Of a DNA stretch of 28,348 nt, positions 8,060 to 15,890 are shown one piece after another. Below the pieces are notes generated by a model. That model searched no databases. It saw nothing but the letters and a program-made list of their open reading frames with translations, and was not told where the DNA came from. Source of the DNA: Proteocatella sp. (GTDB taxonomy: Bacteria > Bacillota > Clostridia > Peptostreptococcales > Filifactoraceae); contig JBDHVO010000001.1 in assembly GCA_039809675.1 (NCBI GenBank), positions 1 to 28,348 on the forward strand, given 5' to 3'. Numbering within the stretch: the stretch's first letter is position 1; every line of letters starts with the position of its first letter. The position numbers and the translations under genes are program-made.

Positions 8060-8809
8060 ATGGATAAATTCAGGATTAAAGATATGTGCCTGTGGTATAA
8101 TGATTTTAAGGCCTTAAACAATATTTCCATGGATATAAAGGAAGGGGAAATAACTGCCTTTATAGGCCCCTCCGGATGTGGAAAATCAACCTTTCTCAAG
8201 AGCCTCAACAGGATGAATGACCTTGTGGAGGGCTGCAGGGTAGAGGGAGAGGTTCTGCTTGATGGGGTAAACATCTACAAGAGCATGGATGTTAATGACC
8301 TGCGCAAAAGGGTGGGCATGGTTTTTCAAAAACCCAATCCCTTTCCTATGAGTATATATGACAATATAGCCTTTGGGCCAAGAACCCATGGCATAAAATC
8401 AAAGGCGGCTCTGGATGAAATAGTTGAAAAAGCCCTGAAAAATGCGGCTATCTGGGATGAGGCCAAGGACAGACTAAAAAAGAGTGCTGTTTCTATGTCA
8501 GGAGGCCAGCAGCAAAGGATTTGCATAGCAAGAGCCCTTGCTGTTAACCCTGAGGTTCTTCTTATGGATGAACCAACCTCAGCTCTTGACCCTATTTCTA
8601 CAGCAAAAATAGAAGAGCTTGTCCTTACTCTCAAGGAGAGGTACACTGTTGTAATGGTAACCCACAATATGCAGCAGGCCACAAGGGTATCGGACAAGAC
8701 TGCCTTTTTCCTTATGGGCCATCTGGTAGAATACGGTGATACTGACCAAGTATTCTCTATTCCGGCGGATAGGCGGACTGAAGATTATATTACAGGGAGG
8801 TTCGGTTAA
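8060..8809 (+). CDS. pstB: Phosphate ABC transporter ATPase
   Basis: [47 protein letters not shown]. Confidence 0.96.
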   Translation: MDKFRIKDMCLWYNDFKALNNISMDIKEGEITAFIGPSGCGKSTFLKSLNRMNDLVEGCRVEGEVLLDGVNIYKSMDVNDLRKRVGMVFQKPNPFPMSIYDNIAFGPRTHGIKSKAALDEIVEKALKNAAIWDEAKDRLKKSAVSMSGGQQQRICIARALAVNPEVLLMDEPTSALDPISTAKIEELVLTLKERYTVVMVTHNMQQATRVSDKTAFFLMGHLVEYGDTDQVFSIPADRRTEDYITGRFG

Positions 8810-9474
8810 TGACTAGAAGCAGATTTGATGAACAGCTGGATAAGCTAAACACCATGCTTATTGAAATGGGGGCCCTTACGGAGCTTGCCATTACGACAGC
8901 CATAGTAGCCCTGCAAAAGCAGGATATAGAGCTGGCAAAAAAAGCATCCTACTATGAGAATGAAATAGACCAGATGGAGAAGGATATTGAAGACCTTTGC
9001 TTAAAGCTAATTTTGCAGCAGCAGCCGGTGGCGGGAGACCTCAGGTTTATTTCGTCGGCTTTAAAAATGATTACTGATATGGAAAGAATTGGAGACCAGG
9101 CAGAGGATATAGCCGAAATATCTGTCTACCTGGCGGATAAAACCTACATTAAAAAGCTGGAGCATATACCTATGATGGCAGAAGCCACAAAAAAGATGCT
9201 GACAGACAGTATAGAGGCCTTTGTAAAGAGGGATATAGACCTGGCAAGAAAGGTAATTCTTGCTGATGATTTTGTAGATGACCTCTTTACAACTGTAAAA
9301 AATGACCTTATAGAGATGATTGGTCAAAATAAGGACAACGGGGAGCAGGCTATAGATTTAATTATGATTGCCAAGTATCTTGAAAGAATTGGAGACCATG
9401 CAGTGAATATTGCTGAATGGGTAGCCTTTGCAATTACAGGCCATCACGAGGATATAAGTCTGCTCTATGATTAA
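8809..9474 (+). CDS. phoU: Phosphate signalling protein PhoU
   Basis: QQPVAGDLR, DMERIGD, YLERIGDHAVNIAE; TAATG overlap with pstB. Confidence 0.95.
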   Translation: MTRSRFDEQLDKLNTMLIEMGALTELAITTAIVALQKQDIELAKKASYYENEIDQMEKDIEDLCLKLILQQQPVAGDLRFISSALKMITDMERIGDQAEDIAEISVYLADKTYIKKLEHIPMMAEATKKMLTDSIEAFVKRDIDLARKVILADDFVDDLFTTVKNDLIEMIGQNKDNGEQAIDLIMIAKYLERIGDHAVNIAEWVAFAITGHHEDISLLYD

Positions 9475-9483
9475 GGAGAGTCT

Positions 9484-10161
9484 ATGACAAGGATATATAT
9501 AGTTGAAGATGATGAGGACATAAGGGAGCTGACTATTTATGCCCTCAAGGCTGCAGCCTTTGACTGCCAAGGCTTTGAAAATGCAGAGGCTTTTTATGGT
9601 GCCCTGGACCATGAAAGACCTGATATGGTTTTACTCGACCTGATGCTGCCTGGTCAAGATGGGATAAGTATTTTGAAAAAATTACGTGAAACCGGCAGAT
9701 ACATAAATCTGCCGGTTATTTTGGTGACTGCCAAGGGGAGTGAGGCAGACAGGGTAAGGGGCCTGAATATGGGGGCAGATGACTACATTGTGAAGCCTTT
9801 TGGAATAACCGAGCTGATTGCAAGAATAAATGCAGTCCTAAGACGGGCTCAAAAAACAATGAAAGCGGAGGCTGTTATTGGGTGTAAAAACCTGGTGCTT
9901 AACAGGGAAAAGCACAGGGTAGAGGTAGATGGAGTTGAAATCCCCTTGACCTTTACCGAGTTTGAGCTCTTAAAATATATGCTTGAAAACAAAAATTCTG
10001 TCCTAAGCAGGGAAAGGCTGATGGATGGGGTGTGGGGCTTTGACTATGTAGGTGAGAGCCGGACAGTGGATATGCATATTAAATCCCTAAGAAAAAAACT
10101 GGGATCGGCAGGAGAATATATAAAGACTGTAAGAAATGTAGGCTATAAAATAGAGGAATAG
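9484..10161 (+). CDS. phoP: OmpR/PhoB-family response regulator
   Basis: VEDD, LLDLMLPGQDG, GADDYIVKPF, RTVDMHIKSLRKKL; position in the pho operon. Confidence 0.9.
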   Translation: MTRIYIVEDDEDIRELTIYALKAAAFDCQGFENAEAFYGALDHERPDMVLLDLMLPGQDGISILKKLRETGRYINLPVILVTAKGSEADRVRGLNMGADDYIVKPFGITELIARINAVLRRAQKTMKAEAVIGCKNLVLNREKHRVEVDGVEIPLTFTEFELLKYMLENKNSVLSRERLMDGVWGFDYVGESRTVDMHIKSLRKKLGSAGEYIKTVRNVGYKIEE

Positions 10162-10183
10162 GCCAAGGGGCCTGGGAGGTGCC

Positions 10184-11446
10184 ATGAAAAAGAAAATTTT
10201 TGCAGCCTTGATAACCCTTCTTATAACAGTGCTTACCGTATTTACACTTCTTTGGGGCATGATAATGTCCGAGGAGCTAAAAAATCAGGCTTCGGATGCC
10301 CTGAAGAGCATTAGGGTCACTATCCTGACTGGGGAGGGGGAGGTGGCCTTTGATAATATGTATGACGAAAAAACCCTGGCAAACCACATGGACAGGGAGG
10401 AGGTCATAGAGGCCTCTCGGGCTGGCCATGGTCAAAGTCAGAGATTCTCTGACACAACAGGAGCCACCACCTACAATTATGCCGTAAAGCTAAAGGATGA
10501 CAGGATACTTAGGATGTCCCTAAAGGCTGACAGGCTCTCTGATGTTATTTATAAATTTTTGCCGGCAATAGGGGTCTCTTTTATAATGACCTTCGTTGTG
10601 GCCTTTGTTTTATCCTCCTACCTTACCGAAAGACTTATAAGACCAATAAATAACCTCAATCTTGATTATCCCGACGCAGGGGACTATGAGGAGCTCCTCC
10701 CCCTTGTTGAGAGGATTCGTCACCAAAACGAGGAAATTGCGGCCGCGGAGCTCCATAGGAAGGAATTCTCCGCCAATGTGTCCCACGAGCTAAAAACCCC
10801 GCTTACGACCATAATAGGCTACTCGGAGCTTCTTGCTAAGGACTCTGTAAAGGAGGGGGATATAATACCCTTTTCTGAAAAAATCAACTCCCAGGCCAAG
10901 CGGCTCCTCAATATAATAAATGATATTATCAGCTTGTCTGAATTTGATGAAGGCAAAAAGCCCAAGGAATTTGAAAAAACCAACCCCCACATACTGGTAG
11001 AAAATGTCTTTGACCAGCTAAGGGACAGGGCTTTGGAAAAAGGTGTCAAGCTTAATTTTTTGGGCATGGATAATATTAATATAATGGCCAATCCGAGTCT
11101 TTTAGAAAGCATGATATTTAATCTTGTCGATAACGGCATAAAATACAACAAAAGAGGGGGCCAGGTAGACGTAAGCGTTGCATCAGAAGGAGAATATGTA
11201 AAAGTAATAGTATCAGATACCGGAATAGGAATACCACAGGACCACAGGAGCCACATATTTGAAAGGTTTTATCTGGTAGACAAATCAAGAAGCAAAAAAA
11301 CAGGAGGCACTGGCCTTGGGCTATCCATTGTAAAGCATATAGCAGAGCACCATGGGGGCTATGTAAAGGTTCAGAGCAGGGAAAATGAAGGAACCACATT
11401 TATATGCTATATCAAAAGGAGGGAAAATCCATGGGAGAGAGGATAA
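10184..11446 (+). CDS. phoR: Sensor histidine kinase
   Basis: Two TM segments; H-box EFSANVSHELKTPLT, N-box NLVDNGIKY, DTGIGI, FERFY, GGTGLGLSIVKH. Confidence 0.88.
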   Translation: MKKKIFAALITLLITVLTVFTLLWGMIMSEELKNQASDALKSIRVTILTGEGEVAFDNMYDEKTLANHMDREEVIEASRAGHGQSQRFSDTTGATTYNYAVKLKDDRILRMSLKADRLSDVIYKFLPAIGVSFIMTFVVAFVLSSYLTERLIRPINNLNLDYPDAGDYEELLPLVERIRHQNEEIAAAELHRKEFSANVSHELKTPLTTIIGYSELLAKDSVKEGDIIPFSEKINSQAKRLLNIINDIISLSEFDEGKKPKEFEKTNPHILVENVFDQLRDRALEKGVKLNFLGMDNINIMANPSLLESMIFNLVDNGIKYNKRGGQVDVSVASEGEYVKVIVSDTGIGIPQDHRSHIFERFYLVDKSRSKKTGGTGLGLSIVKHIAEHHGGYVKVQSRENEGTTFICYIKRRENPWERG

Positions 11447-12060
11447 GCTTGTGGACCAGGCAGGATAAGAGATTTATAGAGGTAATGGAAAAGGAAAAGA
11501 TCTTTTATGCAAAAAAGGAATATATAGAAGAAAAAAACGACAGCCTGGCAGGCTACTACCTGCCCCTGTATGACTGGTTTGTAGCAGAAGCGCAAAAGAG
11601 GGTTCCAAGGCCTCCAAAAGCTCAGTATCCAATTTGGTGCTCTGCAGATAAGGACTATATGCTCAGGGGGGCCCATGGCAATATCCTGATAGAGCTTTCA
11701 ATAGAAAAGGAGAGAGTCCTATACTTCAATTCCCTAAAGTGGGACCTTGTTCTAAACCATACCTATATTCCCAGGGACAAGAAGGATCAAGAAGATTTTT
11801 TGAATGAGCTTAAGGCCAGGGGGATAAAAAACAGTTTTTCTTTTATGGATGACTACCACAAAAAATTTTATCCGGACCTTGTGGCCAAGGTTACAGAAAG
11901 CTGGAAGAGGATTTTTGACATAGATCCCAAGAAAGAGGATATTTTTTCTGTCCAGGCCAATATATGGGAAATAAGGCCGCAGGATATAGTATCCATAACA
12001 GAATATGAGGGAGAACAGCAAGGAAAAACCCTAAGAAGCTTTACAGATCACTATAAATAA
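11431..12060 (+). CDS. DUF3841-like protein of unknown function
   Basis: LWTRQ, YDWFV, YPIWC, KWDLVLNHTYIP, VQANIWEI pattern recalled for DUF3841. Start at ATG 11431 after AGGAGG, overlapping the phoR end. Confidence 0.65.
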   Translation: MGERISLWTRQDKRFIEVMEKEKIFYAKKEYIEEKNDSLAGYYLPLYDWFVAEAQKRVPRPPKAQYPIWCSADKDYMLRGAHGNILIELSIEKERVLYFNSLKWDLVLNHTYIPRDKKDQEDFLNELKARGIKNSFSFMDDYHKKFYPDLVAKVTESWKRIFDIDPKKEDIFSVQANIWEIRPQDIVSITEYEGEQQGKTLRSFTDHYK

Positions 12061-12071
12061 TGTTGTCTACT

Positions 12072-12115
12072 TGTAATACAGATGTAATGTTACCATAAAA
12101 GGCATGATGTATAAT
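12072..12115 (+). promoter_or_regulatory. OmpR-family direct repeat (WalR-box match) plus -10
   Basis: TGTAAT-ACAGA-TGTAAT (12072-12088); TATAAT (12110-12115) with no good -35. Confidence 0.55.
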
Positions 12116-12142
12116 AAATCTTGTAATCGACATTAGAAAAGG

Positions 12143-14149
12143 ATGGTAACAATGGTACTTGATAAAAACACTATAAAAAAATTCTCAAAAAAATTTGCAG
12201 TAACAAGCCTTGCTTTGATTCAGCTGATGACATTCAGGGGATTCGGGGACATAATAGATGAAGAGACCTATGAAATTCCTGTAAGCAGGGGAGTTGTTCA
12301 CAAAAGAATAGTCCAGACCTATGAAAACGGAGTCCAGTCTATCTACCTGACCTTTGCTGATATGGGGGACAGGGCACTGGGGGTGGACCTTTTATACAAC
12401 AAGAAAACAGGCTTTGTAAACAGGCAGACCCTATCAGAGCTTACATCCCAAAAGAGCGGGTCTGTGGCCTCCATAAACGGTGATTTTTTTAGCATGGCAA
12501 ACCCCAGCTATGCAACAGGCATAATGGTTGACAAGGGGCAATTAATTTCGTCCCCCTCCTACCAGAATGGCCAAATGGCGTCTATGCTGGTCGGGTCAGA
12601 CAATAGTCTTGTATTTGACTACCTCTCCTCCGGCATTACCCTCAACAACGAAACAACAGGGGACAGCTATATATCTCTAAGCATTAACAAGGCGTCAGGA
12701 ACCTATGCCTATCCTATTATAATGACAAGTGAATACAGGCAGGCAACAGTTGGCTCCACAGACAAGCTAAAGGTGACAGAGCTTGTTGTAAACAACGGCC
12801 TGGTCGAGGAGGTAAGGCAGGGTAAGGGGTCTGTGGCTATACCCAAAAACGGCTTTGTAGTAACGGTAAGCGGAGCCAAGGCTGCAGAGCTCGAAGTGAA
12901 GTTTAGGCAAGGAGACAGGGTAAACATAAAAAGCTCTGCCCAAAGTGCCTACTCTGATATAGCAACAGCTCTTGGCGGAGGCACCATGATACTTAAAAAT
13001 GGTCAGCCCACAGCCCTGACCCATCAGGTAAAGGGTAAATCCCAAAGGACTGCCATAGGGCTTACCTATGACAACAAGCTTGTATTTGCAGTAACTGACG
13101 GAAGGACAGGAGCCTATATAGGCATGGATGAAAACGACATGGCCCTCATGCTCAAGAGCCAAAAGGTCAAGGATGCAATGATGCTGGACGGAGGAGGCTC
13201 ATCTGAGCTTATAATAAACGGCAATATTACCAACAAAATGGTAGCCGCTGAAAGAAAACTAATAAACGGCATATCCATAACGAACAATAACCCAAGGGGG
13301 AGTCTGGCCAGTCTTGAAGCTGCCCTTGAAACAAGCTCCCTTGTTCAAGGGGACAAGGTAAAGCTCCTTGTCCAAGGCTTTGACTCAGCTATGAACCCTG
13401 TCCAATTGGGGCCGCTTTCAGTATCTGGCGAAGGGGTAGGGATCAGCTATAACAATGGCTATATAACCTTTACTTCGGGTGGCAGCGGCAGCTTGGTGGT
13501 AAAATCAGGTGCTGCATCCACCAAAATCCCTGTGAATGTCAGCAGCATAAACCCTGTAGACCCTCGTCTAAAGGAAGCTGACGGCAGGATAGACGTAGCT
13601 GTAATTCCAAATGGCAGCTCGGACAAGGATGATATTCTGGGTCAGGCCATAAACGGCAAAATAGTTGAAAAATCAGCTGCAGCAAGTCTCTCTGTAAACA
13701 TGTTCAACAAGAATCAAGAGCTTAGCAACAGTCTTAAAGGCTCTAAGGAATCTGTATACAAGGGCGGGCAAATATTAAAAAAAACAGGTATAACCTTTTT
13801 GGGTCTTGATACCTCAAAGGGCATAGGAGGCACACCGGGCCAGTGGTCAGCCTTGAAAAATGCCCTGGCCTCAAGCGACAATAACCTTATAATAATGATG
13901 AACAGCCTGCAGCTCGAAGGCTCTGAAAAAAAAGTCTTCAGAAAGCTCCTGAATGAGGGTTCAAAATATAAAAATATTTATGTGGCCTATATTGGGGATA
14001 CTTTTAAATCTCATGCAGAAGGAAACGTAAGCTATATCAGTATAATGGACAATCAAAAGGCAAAAGGCTCAAGCGAAAGTTCCTTTAGAATGCTAAGCTT
14101 CAGACTCAAGGACGGGAAATTAATATACAGCTTTGAAAGGCTGTTTTAG
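12143..14149 (+). CDS. Exported phosphodiester glycosidase (NAGPA/DUF2233) family multidomain protein; start may be ATG 12152
   Basis: Basic plus hydrophobic N-terminus; ASINGDFF, ALGGGTMILKNG, QRTAIG, VTDGR, AMMLDGGGSS motifs. Confidence 0.82.
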   Translation: MVTMVLDKNTIKKFSKKFAVTSLALIQLMTFRGFGDIIDEETYEIPVSRGVVHKRIVQTYENGVQSIYLTFADMGDRALGVDLLYNKKTGFVNRQTLSELTSQKSGSVASINGDFFSMANPSYATGIMVDKGQLISSPSYQNGQMASMLVGSDNSLVFDYLSSGITLNNETTGDSYISLSINKASGTYAYPIIMTSEYRQATVGSTDKLKVTELVVNNGLVEEVRQGKGSVAIPKNGFVVTVSGAKAAELEVKFRQGDRVNIKSSAQSAYSDIATALGGGTMILKNGQPTALTHQVKGKSQRTAIGLTYDNKLVFAVTDGRTGAYIGMDENDMALMLKSQKVKDAMMLDGGGSSELIINGNITNKMVAAERKLINGISITNNNPRGSLASLEAALETSSLVQGDKVKLLVQGFDSAMNPVQLGPLSVSGEGVGISYNNGYITFTSGGSGSLVVKSGAASTKIPVNVSSINPVDPRLKEADGRIDVAVIPNGSSDKDDILGQAINGKIVEKSAAASLSVNMFNKNQELSNSLKGSKESVYKGGQILKKTGITFLGLDTSKGIGGTPGQWSALKNALASSDNNLIIMMNSLQLEGSEKKVFRKLLNEGSKYKNIYVAYIGDTFKSHAEGNVSYISIMDNQKAKGSSESSFRMLSFRLKDGKLIYSFERLF

Positions 14150-14158
14150 AATATAAAG

Positions 14159-14194
14159 AGGGGTGTTGAAAATTCGACACCCCTGTGCTATTAT
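14159..14194 (+). promoter_or_regulatory. prdR sigmaA promoter overlapped by a palindrome
   Basis: TTGAAA (14166-14171), 17 nt, TGcTATTAT. Palindrome AGGGGTGTTGAA-AA-TTCGACACCCCT (14159-14184). Confidence 0.65.
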
Positions 14195-14212
14195 GGGATA
14201 AAAGGAGGGCTT

Positions 14213-15577
14213 ATGCACGAATACGACTATCTGTGGAAGAGCGTTACCAAGGATTTTATCCTGGACGACCTTGATGAGGCTGTATGCGTTGTGGATAACG
14301 ATGGAACAGTAACAGTTTGGAACAAAAAATCCGAACAGATATATGATATGCCCAAGGATGAAATTCTGGGTAAAAATATGGACGATGTCCTTTATGGGAC
14401 GGTTGTAATGGATGTTCTGCGCTCAGGTGAAGACAAGCAGAATATTTACAAGGCAACCAGAACAGGCTGCAGCATCCTTGTAAAGGCCAAGGTTATCTAT
14501 AAAGACGGGGAAAAAATCGGAGTCATGTGCGTAGACAAGGACCTTAGTGAGATAGATGAGCTAAAAAACCAGGTTGACAGGCTTTATGACAGGATTTCCT
14601 ACTTGGAAAACAAGAACGTCAGTGAATACTCCTCCATAATGATAGGCAACAGTGAACAAATAGAAGACCTCCTGAGAAAGGTCAATAAGGTATCCAAATC
14701 TGATGCCAATATTTTTATAAACGGAGAAAGTGGAGTAGGCAAAAAATCCTTAGCCAGAGAAATTCATGACCTAAGCGGACGAGAGGGGATGTTTATTGAT
14801 GTGAACTGCGGAGCCATCCCAACCGGTATGTTTGATGAAGAGTTTTTCGGAGTCCAAAGCGCAAGCGAAAGCCGGCCCGGCCTTTTTGAGCTGGCTGAGG
14901 GAGGGACCCTCTATTTTGATGAGATAGCCGATATGTCTGTAAAAATGCAGTCAAAGCTCCTAAACGCCCTGCAGAAGCAGCAGATATTCAGGGTCGGAAG
15001 CAAGGAAATGATCCCCTTTCATTGCAGGATTATTTCTGCTACAACAAAGAATATCTATAACCTTGTTGAAAAGGGTGAATTTTTAGAGGACCTCTACTAC
15101 AGGCTGAATGTAATCTCCCTTGATGTTCCTCCCCTCAGAGACAGGGGGTCTGATATTACCCTTTTATCCAACCTCTTCTTAAAAGAGCTGTCTGAAAAAT
15201 ACTCCCTGAAAATCCCCGGCATATCTCCCAAGGTCAGGAATATCCTCCTTGAGTACGACTGGAAGGGCAATCTCAGGGAGCTGAAAAATATCCTTGAGCA
15301 CATGGTTGTAATGTCAGGCGGCAAAGAAATAAGCGAGGATATGCTGCCCTACTTTGTCAGGGACAGCGTGGCAAAATTTGCCAGATCCTACGCCCAGGTA
15401 AATGACCTGGCAAAAAATGTAGCTGAATACGAAAAGCATATAGTGGAGGAAGTCCTAAAAAACACTGACTGGAACAAGTCTCTGGCAGCCAGAAAGCTAA
15501 ATGTGCCAAGAACAACCCTTATGTATAAGATTAAGCAGTATGATCTTGAGGAAGAAAAGCTTAAGAAGAAAAAATAA
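14213..15577 (+). CDS. prdR: PAS-AAA+-Fis HTH (NtrC-like) regulator of proline reductase, lacking GAFTGA
   Basis: N-terminal PAS, GESGVGK, PGLFELAEGGTLYFDEI, DLYYRLNV, WKGNLRELKN, HTH AARKLNVPRTTLMYKIK; directly upstream of prdA. Confidence 0.8.
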   Translation: MHEYDYLWKSVTKDFILDDLDEAVCVVDNDGTVTVWNKKSEQIYDMPKDEILGKNMDDVLYGTVVMDVLRSGEDKQNIYKATRTGCSILVKAKVIYKDGEKIGVMCVDKDLSEIDELKNQVDRLYDRISYLENKNVSEYSSIMIGNSEQIEDLLRKVNKVSKSDANIFINGESGVGKKSLAREIHDLSGREGMFIDVNCGAIPTGMFDEEFFGVQSASESRPGLFELAEGGTLYFDEIADMSVKMQSKLLNALQKQQIFRVGSKEMIPFHCRIISATTKNIYNLVEKGEFLEDLYYRLNVISLDVPPLRDRGSDITLLSNLFLKELSEKYSLKIPGISPKVRNILLEYDWKGNLRELKNILEHMVVMSGGKEISEDMLPYFVRDSVAKFARSYAQVNDLAKNVAEYEKHIVEEVLKNTDWNKSLAARKLNVPRTTLMYKIKQYDLEEEKLKKKK

Positions 15578-15628
15578 GCTCTGGCTCTTATAAATATTTT
15601 TTATATAGAGGCAAAGAAATACTTAATA

Positions 15629-15661
15629 TGTCTGAAATTCGACAGTGGCGAAATTTGGACA
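15629..15661. promoter_or_regulatory. Tandem palindromic operator sites upstream of prdA
   Basis: TGTC-TGAAATTC-GACA (15629-15644) and TGGC-GAAATTTG-GACA (15646-15661). Confidence 0.55.
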
Positions 15662-15746
15662 TATTTTTTTGTTAAGAACAAAAAACCCAAAAAACCATAA
15701 GTTTACAGGGTTTTTGAACAGAGGTTTAAGCACATTCGCATAAAAT

Positions 15747-15792
15747 TGACAGTAATTGGACAGTTGATTAAGTTAATAACGTATCATATAAT
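15747..15792 (+). promoter_or_regulatory. prdA sigmaA promoter with adjacent operator
   Basis: TTGATT (15764-15769), 17 nt, TATAAT (15787-15792); TGAC-AGTAATTG-GACA at 15747-15762. Confidence 0.7.
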
Positions 15793-15890
15793 AGATATAG
15801 AAAAACATTATCAAAAGGCGTAGTTGCTTGACAAAGTGACAAGCAATTATCAAAGATTCAAATTATTTATAATTTTAAAAGGAGGAACAC

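Noticed and set aside
15578-15890. sigma54 -24/-12 promoter for prdA
   Set aside because: Candidates TGGCGAAATTTGGAC and AAGGCGTAGTTGCTTG lack GC exactly 10 nt after GG.
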